Assembly: GCA_039802265.1 (NCBI GenBank) | Contig: JBDRWI010000011.1 | Coordinates: 1 to 41,998 of the forward strand | Direction: 5' to 3' | DNA from: a candidate division WOR-3 bacterium | GTDB lineage: Bacteria > Hydrothermota > Tepidihabitantia > SM23-42 > JAOAFX01 | DNA: 41,998 nt | Part shown: positions 9,783 to 19,776 of the stretch, piece by piece | Layout of the letters: each line of letters starts with the position of its first letter | Position numbering within the stretch: position 1 is the first letter of the stretch | Translations under genes and position numbers: made by a program | The notes under the pieces: model-generated | The model's database searches: none | Seen by the model: the letters and a program-made list of their open reading frames with translations, nothing else | Told to the model about the DNA's origin: nothing

Positions 9783-11697
9783 AATCAGATTTCATAACTA
9801 CAGTGGCGAAGACATCCGTAGGCAGTTCCTTCAGAAAAGGGGAGACCTTTGTCGGATTCATTGAACCCCGATAAGATTTACGCTGCCGCGAGCAGGTTAA
9901 ATACAATCTCTTCTTTGCCCTGGTTATTCCAACATAAAAGAGACGCCTTTCTTCTTCATATTCTTTATCATCAGTTGACTTATAGTGTGGGAGTAAACCA
10001 TCCTCCAGCCCCGTGATAAAGACTATCTCAAATTCCAAACCCTTAGAGTTGTGCAGGGTCATTAATGAAACCCTATCGGTGTTCTTCCAGTCATCTATAT
10101 CACTGCGTAGACTAACACTTTCAAGATATTCCGATATTGTAGCATCGGGATTTTCCTCAACAAAATCTTTGATTGATCTTAACAACTCTTCAATATTCTC
10201 ACGGCGGTTTATTTCTTCATCAGTGTGTTTTGTATTAAGGCTATCAAGATAGCCTGTTTCGGCAACAATTTTGAGAGTAAGGGCATAGAGGTCCGTGCTG
10301 TTACTTAATGTAATAAATCCTTGAAGCATTTCTATAAAAGATTTAATATTTTCCTTTGTTTTTTTATTTATACCTGTTATATAATCTATGTTTTTGAGTG
10401 CTTCAAAAAAAGAAATTTTTTCATATTTTTGATACTGAGTTATTTTTTCCAATGTCTCATTGCCGATATGTCTTGATGGGAGATTGATGATGCGCCTCAA
10501 ACTTACTGAATCATTGAGATTATCAATCACCCTCAAATAGGCAAGAATATTTTTAATCTCAGCCCTTTCATAAAACCTGAGTGCTCCAATTACTTCATAA
10601 GGAATTTTATTTTTTACAAAAGCCTCCTCAAATATTCTTGATTGATAATTTAGTCTATAAAAGACAGCAATTTCTCTTAGCTTGCAGCCTTTGATTAGTT
10701 CTTCTTCTATTTTCTTTGCTACATAATCTGCTTCTTTCTCGTCGTCAGCCGCATCATAAAATTCTATTTTTTCTCCGGGTTCATTATTGCACCAGAGTAT
10801 TTTTTCTTTACGGTATCTATTATTTTTAACAACCTCCGAAGCGGCTTTAAGGATTGTCTTTGTCGAACGATAGTTCTGTTCAAGTTTGATAACAACAGTT
10901 TCTGGATAATCCTTTTCAAAATTTAAGATGTTTCTTATTTCTGCACCACGCCAGGAGTATATTGATTGGTCGTCATCACCAACCACACATATATTACGAT
11001 ATTTTTCAGCGAGGAGTTTTGTCAGAATATACTGGGCATAGTTTGTATCCTGGTATTCATCAACAAGAATATGTTGAAAGCGATTTTGATAGTACTCAAG
11101 GGTCTGTCTATCCTTTTGGAATAGTTCTACGGTCTTGAATATTAAGTCATCAAAATCCAAAGCGTTGTTTTCTTGCAAATATTGATTATACAATTTATAG
11201 ACTGTTTTGACCGTCGGAGAACCAATGTAATTCTCCGGTGAGATAAGATTTTCTTTAGCACGGTTTATCAGCTGTAAAATATAAGCCGGGCTAAATTCTT
11301 TGGTATCGATCTTCAACTCTCCTAATATATCTTTTATTATAGAAAGTTGGTCCTGTTCATCATAGATTGAGAAATTTTTAGAAATACCAATTCTATCGGC
11401 ACCATTCCTTAAAATCTTTGCACATGTTGAATGATATGTTCTTATCCAGATATCCGGGTCTTCGTTATTGAGAAGGGTACTGACCCTTGATTTCATCTCT
11501 TCGGCTGCCTTATTCGTAAAAGTCACAGCAAGTATATTAAGGGGATGGATTTTTCTTTTTCTTATTAAATAGGCAATGCGATAGGTGATGACCCTGGTCT
11601 TTCCACTACCTGCACCCGCCAGAATGAGAATCGGTCCTTTTTCAATCTTTACCGCTGTAAGTTGTGCGGGGTTCAAAAATTTTTCCCAATCATCCAT
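9772..11697 (-). CDS. pcrA: UvrD/PcrA SF1 DNA helicase
   Basis: AGAGSGKT, TFTNKAA, DEYQD, VGDDDQSIY, QNYRS, HNSKGLEF, EERRLFYVGITRA. Confidence 0.95.
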   Translation of the reverse strand: MDDWEKFLNPAQLTAVKIEKGPILILAGAGSGKTRVITYRIAYLIRKRKIHPLNILAVTFTNKAAEEMKSRVSTLLNNEDPDIWIRTYHSTCAKILRNGADRIGISKNFSIYDEQDQLSIIKDILGELKIDTKEFSPAYILQLINRAKENLISPENYIGSPTVKTVYKLYNQYLQENNALDFDDLIFKTVELFQKDRQTLEYYQNRFQHILVDEYQDTNYAQYILTKLLAEKYRNICVVGDDDQSIYSWRGAEIRNILNFEKDYPETVVIKLEQNYRSTKTILKAASEVVKNNRYRKEKILWCNNEPGEKIEFYDAADDEKEADYVAKKIEEELIKGCKLREIAVFYRLNYQSRIFEEAFVKNKIPYEVIGALRFYERAEIKNILAYLRVIDNLNDSVSLRRIINLPSRHIGNETLEKITQYQKYEKISFFEALKNIDYITGINKKTKENIKSFIEMLQGFITLSNSTDLYALTLKIVAETGYLDSLNTKHTDEEINRRENIEELLRSIKDFVEENPDATISEYLESVSLRSDIDDWKNTDRVSLMTLHNSKGLEFEIVFITGLEDGLLPHYKSTDDKEYEEERRLFYVGITRAKKRLYLTCSRQRKSYRGSMNPTKVSPFLKELPTDVFATVVMKSDFEL

Positions 11698-11699
11698 TT

Positions 11700-12602
11700 C
11701 TATTGCAAATATTTTTTATATGACTCTATATCTCCTTTAATTTTATTGATCAGGGCTCTGGATGAAATTGTAGCGCCGGTAATTGCTTCAGGAATTTTTT
11801 GTTTAAATTGGTCGAGAAATTCTCTTTCCCTTATTCTTTCGCCAATACCGGCAGTTTCATTTGAGTACAGAATTTCTATTCCCGTAATTTTTGTATGTCT
11901 GTCAAGGCCGGCAATGAACTTTATTGTATCTATATATCCCATTGTTGCACCATAAAACACGATTCCAATTGTATCCGAATCGGCGATTGCATACCACAGA
12001 ATTCCGTCAATTATAGGGAAAAATTTTTTTGCCGCTGGCATTACTTTAAATTTTATATCACCCGGTTCACGATATAAAAGATAAATTGAATAACTTTCCA
12101 TAGATTTCCTTATACCGTCACAAACTGCCCGCGAAGAGATGGTGGCACCGGTTACAGCATCAATATCACCGCCTTCTTTTTTGAGTCTTAATTGTGATAT
12201 ATATTTGCCTTTAAATTGGTCAGTAAATTTTGATTCTTTTACCTTGGCGCCCAGTCCTTCTGTTTCCTGGAAGCCTTCTTTTTTGCTGCCAATTATAATC
12301 CGGGTTATTTTACCTGAAATGTCTACACCAACGGTTATTGGTATGGGTCCACAATAACCCGAAGGCCAGGTTTTGAATACCATACCCAATAGGTTATTTG
12401 CCGAATCATACGCCTTCCAGCACGTATCTGGAATTATTGGTATAAATTTGGCTGCTGATATTACATCTTCAATACTGGCAGTTTCTTCATTTTTATCCGC
12501 CCGCACTAATTGGGGTTGAATTATATGATAGATGATTGCCAGGGTAAAGACCCAGACAAATAATGATAAGAAAAAGTCAACGATTGTTTTATTTCTCTTC
12601 AT
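11700..12602 (-). CDS. rnfG: RnfG-like protein with two FMN-binding domains
   Basis: N-terminal TM; ETEGLG...DAVTGATISS and ETAGIG...EAITGATISS flavinylation motifs; follows rnfCD. Confidence 0.8.
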   Translation of the reverse strand: MKRNKTIVDFFLSLFVWVFTLAIIYHIIQPQLVRADKNEETASIEDVISAAKFIPIIPDTCWKAYDSANNLLGMVFKTWPSGYCGPIPITVGVDISGKITRIIIGSKKEGFQETEGLGAKVKESKFTDQFKGKYISQLRLKKEGGDIDAVTGATISSRAVCDGIRKSMESYSIYLLYREPGDIKFKVMPAAKKFFPIIDGILWYAIADSDTIGIVFYGATMGYIDTIKFIAGLDRHTKITGIEILYSNETAGIGERIREREFLDQFKQKIPEAITGATISSRALINKIKGDIESYKKYLQ

Positions 12603-12618
12603 ACCTTACTCCTTGTAT

Positions 12619-13626
12619 TTAGTACCGTCCTGTTTTAATTTTCGTGCCATATATTCTTGGTTTTGTTATCTGATCAATAAATGGAACAAGAGCATTCATT
12701 AAGAGAATGGCAAAACAGACGCCTTCTGGCTGTCGGCTATATAATCTTATAATTACCGTTAAGATTCCGCAACCGAAACCAAATAGCCACCGGCCCAATT
12801 TGGTAATCGGAGATGTGACCCAGTCAGTTGCCATAAAAAATACTCCTAACAATAACCCTCCGCTAAAGATGTGGAATAGTATATTCACCTTTTTTTGTAA
12901 TAACAAAATTCCGATTATAAAACTTGCCAGATAACTTACTACAATTCGGTAGTCAATTATTTTAACATACAATAAAAATATTCCTCCCAGGAGGAGTAAA
13001 AGACCTGAAGTTTCACCAATAGACCCACCCACATTACCGATAAATAGTGATGTAATTGTTTCTTTCTGATTGAGTAGATTCAAGACTAAATTTTGTTCCC
13101 CAAAAAGATCCGGGTTCTTTAAAACGGATAAAGGTGTAGCACCAGTTATCGTTTCAATACCCGATAGAGTTCCCCAATTTGGTTTCATCCAGAAGTTATA
13201 CATAATTGAAGGCCAGAAGAATGATAGAAATGCCCTGCCGGCGAGAGCCGGGTTAAAGATGTTAAGACCGATTCCCCCGAATAATTGTTTTATGACGATA
13301 ATGGCAAATGCAGAACCGATGACCGGCACCCAGAAGGGAACACCCGGGGGGAGGGTAAAGGCAAGTAATAATCCAGTTAAGCCGGCACTACCGTCAGAAA
13401 TAGTAAGTCTTTTTTTCAACAACTTCTGAATAAAGAATTCAAAAAATATTGACGAAAAAACCGACAGAAATATTGTGATTATCGCCCGGGTTCCAAAGAT
13501 TATAGAACTGTAGATAAACTGGGGCATAAGGGCAAGGGTGACTAATCTGATTCCATATTCTATGTTTCGGTTACAGCGAATATGCGGCGAAGATGAGACA
13601 ACTAATAATTCACGCATAAATTTCAC
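12619..13626 (-). CDS. rnfD: Rnf electron transport complex subunit D
   Basis: SSSPHIR, KQLFGGIGLNIFNPAL, TGATPL, GSIGETS, FMATDWVTSP. Confidence 0.93.
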   Translation of the reverse strand: MKFMRELLVVSSSPHIRCNRNIEYGIRLVTLALMPQFIYSSIIFGTRAIITIFLSVFSSIFFEFFIQKLLKKRLTISDGSAGLTGLLLAFTLPPGVPFWVPVIGSAFAIIVIKQLFGGIGLNIFNPALAGRAFLSFFWPSIMYNFWMKPNWGTLSGIETITGATPLSVLKNPDLFGEQNLVLNLLNQKETITSLFIGNVGGSIGETSGLLLLLGGIFLLYVKIIDYRIVVSYLASFIIGILLLQKKVNILFHIFSGGLLLGVFFMATDWVTSPITKLGRWLFGFGCGILTVIIRLYSRQPEGVCFAILLMNALVPFIDQITKPRIYGTKIKTGRY

Positions 13627-14905
13627 TCCGGGAAGAACTTTTTAATTTCAATTTGGCGAATTTAAAATAGTGTACCAGGGGGATATTGGCTGGGCAGACA
13701 TAAGCACAGGAACCGCATTCAATACAATCCAATACGCCAAATTCCGCGGAACGGGCCACATCTTCATTTATGATGAACTTATAAATTTGGCAGGGTAAAA
13801 GTCCCATTGGGCAGGCGTCAACACAGAAGGCACACCGAACGCAATTTTCGTTATTTTGATTTTGGATTTTTGAAAAAACCGCTACTCCGGTTGTTCCCTT
13901 GATAATTGGTACCGAGATTGTAAACTGGGCAATTCCGGTCATCAAACCGCCCATCACCACCTTTCTTATTTTTCCCTTGGCTCCACCGCAATAATCAATT
14001 ATGTCCTTCACTGTGGTTCCAATCTTTACTATAAGGTTTTTAGGTTCATCTATACAATCACCGGTAATGGTTATTACTCTTTCAACCAGGGGTTTGTTAA
14101 ATTTTACAGCTTGAAAGGCGGCGTAACAGGTTGCAACATTCTGCACAACGCAGCCTATATCCCAGGGCAAACCATTTTGGGGAACCTCCTTTTTTGTCAA
14201 TGCCTTTATTAATTGGCGCTCCGAGCCCATAGGATAATAATTATTGAGAACCTTAACCTCGGCTCCTTCTTTTTTTAATAAGGCTGCGGCATTTTTTTTA
14301 TTCTGCTGGAGAGCAAATAAAATTTTTTCTACACCAAGGATGCGGGCAAAGATCTTTGCCCCTTCAACTACACCGGTTGGAAATTCAAGCATTAGACGAT
14401 AGTCTGAAGCCAGATTTACTTCAGACTCACAACCATTGATTATCAAAAGTTCAACCCTTTTATCTGACGGTGGCAAGAGTTTGACATGGGTTGGAAACAT
14501 TCCGCCGCCAAGGCCCACAATTCCGGAATCCCTTATAATATTTATCAACTCCTCCTTCGTTAAATTTTCGTATTTTCTTACATCTTTTATCTTCTCATCC
14601 CACTCAATAACCCCTGAAGATTCAATTATGCAGGCAAGACCATAACCTAATATTGGGTGAGGATATTTTTTAATTGCAATAATTTTTCCGGCAACACTGG
14701 AATGGACACAAGCCGAGATATTTCCATCAATTTCGCCGATCTTTGTGCCAATTTTTACTGAATCACCGGGTTTAACTACCGGTAGCGCGGGATTACCCTG
14801 ATGCTGTGAGAAAGGAATATAGACAAACCTGGGATTGGGCATTACTTCAATTGCCTTGTCTAATAGTTCTTTATTGGCAGTAAATTTTATGCCGTTTATA
14901 AACAC
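13610..14905 (-). CDS. rnfC: Rnf electron transport complex subunit C
   Basis: GIVGLGGGMFPTHVKL, INGCESE, YPMGSERQLI, two CxxCxxCxxxCP clusters. Confidence 0.94.
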   Translation of the reverse strand: MFINGIKFTANKELLDKAIEVMPNPRFVYIPFSQHQGNPALPVVKPGDSVKIGTKIGEIDGNISACVHSSVAGKIIAIKKYPHPILGYGLACIIESSGVIEWDEKIKDVRKYENLTKEELINIIRDSGIVGLGGGMFPTHVKLLPPSDKRVELLIINGCESEVNLASDYRLMLEFPTGVVEGAKIFARILGVEKILFALQQNKKNAAALLKKEGAEVKVLNNYYPMGSERQLIKALTKKEVPQNGLPWDIGCVVQNVATCYAAFQAVKFNKPLVERVITITGDCIDEPKNLIVKIGTTVKDIIDYCGGAKGKIRKVVMGGLMTGIAQFTISVPIIKGTTGVAVFSKIQNQNNENCVRCAFCVDACPMGLLPCQIYKFIINEDVARSAEFGVLDCIECGSCAYVCPANIPLVHYFKFAKLKLKSSSRSEIYA

Positions 14906-14911
14906 GTAAAG

Positions 14912-14939
14912 AGTATAATTCTTTTTCTAAATAAGTCAA
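14912..14939 (-). promoter_or_regulatory. sigma70-type promoter of rnfC (leaderless)
   Basis: Minus strand TTGACT-N16-TATACT; GTG start 6 nt downstream. Confidence 0.65.
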
Positions 14940-14942
14940 GCA

Positions 14943-14970
14943 TTGACTTTATTCCGGAATTAGATATTAT
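14943..14970 (+). promoter_or_regulatory. sigma70-type promoter of purA (leaderless)
   Basis: TTGACT-N16-TATTAT; GTG start 5 nt downstream. Confidence 0.65.
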
Positions 14971-14975
14971 TAGGT

Positions 14976-16226
14976 GTGAATAATATAACGATAATTGGGT
15001 TACAATGGGGAGATGAAGGAAAGGGTAAGGTAGTAGATTTTTTTGCCCCTGAATTTGATATAAACTGTCGTTTTCAGGGAGGGCCCAATGCCGGGCATAC
15101 AGTTTGGCGGGGAAAAGAAAAGTTTGTCTTTCATCAGATTCCAAGCGGGGTATTAAATAAAAATATTACGGCGGTTATTGGTGCGGGATGTGTGTTTGAC
15201 CCGGCAATATTTTTTGAAGAAATTGAACAATTGAAGAAATTTGATGAAGAAATAGAAAAAAGGATTAAGATTTCTAAATATTGCCATTTGATTATGCCCT
15301 ATCACATATTATTGGATAAGATAAAAGAGGAGACGACGCAGAGTATAGGGACGACAAAAAAAGGAATAGGAATTGCCTACGAAGACAAGTATGCACGGAT
15401 TGGCATCCGGGTTGGTGACCTCTTCTATCCTGAAGTATTTGAAAAAAAACTGAGGGCAAATATCTCAAGAAAGAACTTGATCTTAATGGATATCTACCAA
15501 GCCGAACCACTGTCCGATGATGAAATCTTTGAACGTTTCCTTGAATACGGGGAGAAATTGAAACCATTTATTATTGATGATTCTGTTTTTCTTTCTCAGG
15601 TAATGAAGGAGAAGAGGATTATTTTTGAAGGTGCTCAAGGAACACTCCTTGATATTGATTTTGGAACCTATCCTTATGTCACTGCCTCCCATACTATTGC
15701 CGGAGGCGCCTGTATTGGACTCGGAGTTTCTCCCGGTTATATTAACAGGATAATTGGCGTTGCCAAGTCTTATACCACCAGAGTTGGAAATGGACCGCTG
15801 CCAACTGAAGATAAAGGAGAAATTGGTGAGAGATTGAGAAGTCTCGGGAGTGAATACGGGGCAACCACTGGTAGGCCCAGGCGCTGCGGGCCGTTTGATG
15901 CCTCGGTGGTTAGATATGCGGCAAGGATTAGTGGTGCCCAAGAATTGTTCCTGACAAAACTTGATGTCCTTAAGGAGTTTGAGAAGATAAAAATAGCCGT
16001 TGGTTATTCAAATGCCCCTGAATTTGATCCCTTTATCGCGGATGAACTTAATCCAGTATATGAGGAAATTCCAGGATTTAAACGAGATATCTCAAGAATT
16101 CGTGATTTTGATGATTTACCGGTTGAGGCAAAGGAATATATCAAATTGATTGAACATTATACCGGTTTAAACGTGAAGTATATATCGGTTGGCTCCCAGC
16201 CCGACGAAGTAGTAATCAAGAATTAA
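14976..16226 (+). CDS. purA: Adenylosuccinate synthetase
   Basis: QWGDEGKGK, GGPNAGHT, EGAQG, GTYPYVT, EYGATTGRPRRCG, TKLDVL. Confidence 0.98.
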   Translation: MNNITIIGLQWGDEGKGKVVDFFAPEFDINCRFQGGPNAGHTVWRGKEKFVFHQIPSGVLNKNITAVIGAGCVFDPAIFFEEIEQLKKFDEEIEKRIKISKYCHLIMPYHILLDKIKEETTQSIGTTKKGIGIAYEDKYARIGIRVGDLFYPEVFEKKLRANISRKNLILMDIYQAEPLSDDEIFERFLEYGEKLKPFIIDDSVFLSQVMKEKRIIFEGAQGTLLDIDFGTYPYVTASHTIAGGACIGLGVSPGYINRIIGVAKSYTTRVGNGPLPTEDKGEIGERLRSLGSEYGATTGRPRRCGPFDASVVRYAARISGAQELFLTKLDVLKEFEKIKIAVGYSNAPEFDPFIADELNPVYEEIPGFKRDISRIRDFDDLPVEAKEYIKLIEHYTGLNVKYISVGSQPDEVVIKN

Positions 16227-16294
16227 CCCCAAACAAACTAAACCTTTTTTAATTACCCGTTGTCAAAAGGTTAGAAAAAAGGAGGTGATGCTGT

Positions 16295-16741
16295 ATGTTA
16301 AACCGTGGACTTAAACTATGGCAACCATTGAGGAGCTTGGCAAGGTTGGAGGATGAGCTTGATGCCTTGACTGAAAGCCTGTTTGATAGATTTAAACTCG
16401 GCGGTGATGGTGTGTGGGTTCCGGCAATGGATGTGGTTGAAAACGATGGCGAGCTGGAGATAAGGGCTGAGATTCCCGGTGTCAAGAAGGAAGACTTGAA
16501 GATAAAGGTTACCGGCAATTCCCTCACGATCAGCGGTGAGAAGAAGAAAGAGAGCGAGACAAAGGATAAACACTATCACCGAATTGAGAGATACTATGGG
16601 AATTTCAGCCGGACAATTCAAATCCCGGAAGGTGTTGATAAAGATAAGGTCAAGGCAACATACAAAGACGGGGTGCTCACCATTACCTTGCCCAAGCCCG
16701 AATCAATGAAGACAAAAGAAATTGAGGTTGAAATTAAATAA
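16295..16741 (+). CDS. Hsp20 / alpha-crystallin small heat shock protein
   Basis: WVPAMDV, AEIPGV, ERYYGNFSRTI, YKDGVLTITLPK; strong SD AGGAGGT. Confidence 0.95.
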   Translation: MLNRGLKLWQPLRSLARLEDELDALTESLFDRFKLGGDGVWVPAMDVVENDGELEIRAEIPGVKKEDLKIKVTGNSLTISGEKKKESETKDKHYHRIERYYGNFSRTIQIPEGVDKDKVKATYKDGVLTITLPKPESMKTKEIEVEIK

Positions 16742-16749
16742 AACCCCCT

Positions 16750-16783
16750 ACGGGGTCGGCAGCCGCTGACCCCGTTTTTCTTC
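16750..16783 (+). terminator. Intrinsic terminator after hsp20
   Basis: ACGGGGTCGGC-AGCC-GCTGACCCCGT hairpin followed by TTTTCTTC. Confidence 0.85.
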
Positions 16784-16831
16784 TGAATCTTAGGTCTAAA
16801 ATCCGCCTTATTTAAAAAATAAAATCGCATT

Positions 16832-16859
16832 GTGTCTGATAATATATATTATGTAAACT
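16832..16859 (+). other. dif: XerCD dif recombination site (probable replication terminus)
   Basis: GTGTCTGATAA-TATATA-TTATGTAAACT has the 11-6-11 architecture. Spacer and right arm match the Bacillus subtilis dif as recalled. Intergenic. Confidence 0.88.
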
Positions 16860-16937
16860 TTACGGTGACCAAATTAATTTCTTTTCACTCAATCTCTCCC
16901 CTTTTAGAAAAATGTCAGATAACTCCACAAAGCCATA

Positions 16938-16965
16938 TTGATTTCTTTATAAGTTTAGTTATAAT
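16938..16965 (+). promoter_or_regulatory. sigma70-type promoter of the DUF554-like gene
   Basis: TTGATT-N16-TATAAT. Confidence 0.55.
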
Positions 16966-17076
16966 ATTCAATGCATGTAAATTTTAAAAATCCCGGTAAA
17001 ATCTCTAAATCTAAGGCACGGAATTTTAAACATATTCCAGACCTGAAATTTAATCACAGTTTGAAATCTGAGAAAT

Positions 17077-17760
17077 ATGCTTGGAACAATTGTTAATACC
17101 TTTTTGGTGGTTGCGGGTAGTATAATCGGTATAATTTTTCACCGCGGTATACCCGAAAATATCAAAAAGATAATAATAATTGCCCTTGGTCTATTTACCT
17201 GTCTTTTAGGACTGAAGATGGGATTAAATATGGAAAATCCGGTCGTGATAATAATTAGCCTGGTGCTAGGTGGAATTATAGGTGAAATCATAAAAATTGA
17301 AAAATCAATTGAACAAGTTGGGGAAAAATTGAATAAATTCGGCAGATTTTCTGAATTTGGTAGATTCACTCAAGGATTCGTAACTGCCAGTATCCTCTTT
17401 TCATTTGGTCCGATGACAATCCTCGGTTGCATTCAGGATGGGCTATTACATAAACCAGAACTTTTAATAACTAAATCAATAATGGATGGCGTATCTGCCA
17501 TAATCTTAAGTTCTACTTTGGGGCTGGGTGTCTTATTTTCAGCACTGGTTGTGTTATTATTCCAAGGCTCTATAACCATGCTTGCCGGTCAATTACATTT
17601 CCTCGGTGAACCATACTATCTCAATGATTTTAGTGGAATTGGTGGAATACTTGTCTTTGCGATTGGAATAAGGTTATTGGAAATCAAAGAAATCAAAGTT
17701 GGTAACTTTTTACCGGCGCTGGTACTTGTCGTTTTGTTAAAGTTAATTTGGATGTCTTAG
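17077..17760 (+). CDS. DUF554 (YdfK/YqgA-like) membrane protein
   Basis: MLGTIVN start, GFVTASILF, GPMTILG, KSIMDG, KVGNFLPAL. Confidence 0.88.
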   Translation: MLGTIVNTFLVVAGSIIGIIFHRGIPENIKKIIIIALGLFTCLLGLKMGLNMENPVVIIISLVLGGIIGEIIKIEKSIEQVGEKLNKFGRFSEFGRFTQGFVTASILFSFGPMTILGCIQDGLLHKPELLITKSIMDGVSAIILSSTLGLGVLFSALVVLLFQGSITMLAGQLHFLGEPYYLNDFSGIGGILVFAIGIRLLEIKEIKVGNFLPALVLVVLLKLIWMS

Positions 17761-17769
17761 CACTTTCTT

Positions 17770-18444
17770 CTAATTTTCTTGAGAGTTTTTCCTTTTCTTT
17801 TTTATCCTCTCAATAGTGTCAAAGGTATCTAAATTTTGACCTTTTTCAAAGGCAAATCTGGTTATATGAAAGAAACTGACCCCTGAGATGATGAAAATTG
17901 GAACGGCTACTGCATAATGATCCCATTCATTCTTTGGTACAATGCCAGACCAGGGTTTTGCCAATTCAATTATGCCTGCCAGTGAAAAAACGCCACCAAG
18001 GGAATAGCACAGGTTAAATTTTCCGATACCATACAGGGCACCTCACCGGATACTTTATATATCTCGCTACCGGTCAATGCACCAAAATAGGCACCTGTAG
18101 CACCCATACCGGCAATGCAACAAATACTATTTAAAACAGACCTATTTAAGACCCTCTCCCCTATTGATTTAAGATCCTTGTCTGTTATAAGCAGCCAGGC
18201 TATATCAAAGTTTTTTAAAAATTCCTTCCTGAATTTAATATCGGTAATAATCTCATAGAAGTTCTGACAATAATAATTCACTTGTGACAAAAAGAATCTC
18301 AATCTGAACTGAATCACCATATTCATAGAATCGAGCAGTGATAAAACTATCAATATCTGTAAACAGGCGATAATAACCTGCCTTTTTCTGATTTAACTCA
18401 TAAATTAGAATCGGCTGATTGAAAACAAAGAGATAAACGAGCAT
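17770..18444 (-). pseudogene. Frameshifted hypothetical membrane protein in three consecutive fragments
   Basis: ORFs 18253-18444, 17970-18353 and 17770-17964 tile the interval. The first and third share a frame. Starts 5 nt after the cyclase stop. Confidence 0.55.
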
Positions 18445-18449
18445 ATTTA

Positions 18450-19766
18450 TTAAATCAATACTTTGAAAATCTTAACCGGCATTTCTTTTCCCTGTACTTT
18501 TAAAAGCATCGGTTCAGAAAATCTAAACGGTCCGGTTGCTTCATTGAAGACTGTCTCGGAAATTATAATTTCTCCACCTTTAGCCACTCCTTCTAATCTT
18601 GAGGCAAGATTTACTGAATCGCCAATCACTGTATAATCCAATCTATCCTTTGCTCCGATATTTCCCACGACCGCCTCACCTGTATTTATTCCAATTCCTA
18701 TTCGAATCGGTCCTTTGTTATCTTTCATTAAACTCTGATTCATCTCTTCTATTGCCTTTTGAATATCTATCGCTGCATTTATTGCCCGATTTGTATCATC
18801 AATATGGGCAATCGGTGCCCCGAAGATTGCCATAATACAATCACCAATGAATTTATCAATTGTTCCTTCCCACTTGAAGATTACATCGGTCATCATAGAG
18901 AGAACCTGATTGAGCAAAAATACGACCTCTTCCGCTGGGAGTTTCTCGGCAAGGGGTGTAAAGCCACGAATGTCAGCGAAGAGTATCGTCACTTTTTTTC
19001 TTACCCCTTTTAACGTCTCAAGATATTTACCGGGGTTCTTAAAAATCTCCTCGGCAACCTGATGAGAAACATAGCGCCGGAATGCATCTTTTATCTGTTC
19101 TTTTTCTTTCAAACTTCTTGCCATATTGTTAAATGCCTTGGTGAGGTCACCAATCTCATCGTTTGCTTTTGTCTTTATCGTAACATCAAAATTTCCTTTA
19201 CTTATCTCGTCTGTTCCCTTTACCAGTTCATTGATCGGGTTTGTCAAATAGTGAGCAAGAAAAAATGCGCCCAAGATACCAATAAATACTCCTAAGATTG
19301 CAATGAGAATGAGAAAAACCTGCAGTGCATTTGTGGTCAATTTTACCCTTTCAGTTCCTAAACCTACACTTACCCTGCCAATTTCTTTCTTATCAGCAAT
19401 GAGAATGGGTAAACTAACTTGATATAGTCCGGGTGGTGGTATGAATTCTTCTTCTTTTTTCCCAATAAATTCAATTCTATTATGTGCCCGGATTGTCCCG
19501 CGATTGTCGGTAATATAGGCGTAACCAACGCCTTCGTTTTTTAATGCATCAGTTACCAAAGATGCAAGGTAAAGGTCATCATTTGTAATCAAAGGGTCTT
19601 CTGCATTGAGGGCAATGACCCGGGCGAGGATTTCACCCTGCAATTTTATTTCGCTGGTTAGAGATTGACTCACCCGATTCAAAGTGAACCAAAGGATAAT
19701 CAAGACGATCAAAAGGACCAAAAGTGAAATCAGCAAGCTGAATTTCAGTTTAATTGGAAAACGCAT
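18450..19766 (-). CDS. Membrane-bound class III adenylate cyclase with extracytoplasmic sensor and HAMP domain
   Basis: Two TM helices, HAMP (DEIGDLTKAFNNM), FADIRGFT, DKFIGD, DYTVIGDSVNLASRLE; Lys/Asp residues typical of ATP specificity. Confidence 0.93.
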   Translation of the reverse strand: MRFPIKLKFSLLISLLVLLIVLIILWFTLNRVSQSLTSEIKLQGEILARVIALNAEDPLITNDDLYLASLVTDALKNEGVGYAYITDNRGTIRAHNRIEFIGKKEEEFIPPPGLYQVSLPILIADKKEIGRVSVGLGTERVKLTTNALQVFLILIAILGVFIGILGAFFLAHYLTNPINELVKGTDEISKGNFDVTIKTKANDEIGDLTKAFNNMARSLKEKEQIKDAFRRYVSHQVAEEIFKNPGKYLETLKGVRKKVTILFADIRGFTPLAEKLPAEEVVFLLNQVLSMMTDVIFKWEGTIDKFIGDCIMAIFGAPIAHIDDTNRAINAAIDIQKAIEEMNQSLMKDNKGPIRIGIGINTGEAVVGNIGAKDRLDYTVIGDSVNLASRLEGVAKGGEIIISETVFNEATGPFRFSEPMLLKVQGKEMPVKIFKVLI

Positions 19767-19776
19767 AACAAGATTT

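Noticed and set aside
5704..13355. KOPS (GGGNAGGG) polarity toward dif
   Set aside because: Only a few instances were seen, in both orientations, so they are uninformative without a genome-wide count.
16227..16294. CIRCE/HrcA operator upstream of hsp20
   Set aside because: No TTAGCACTC-N9-GAGTGCTAA inverted repeat is present.
17014..17030. Second sigma54 promoter (GGCACGGAATTTTA)
   Set aside because: Lacks the conserved -12 GC.
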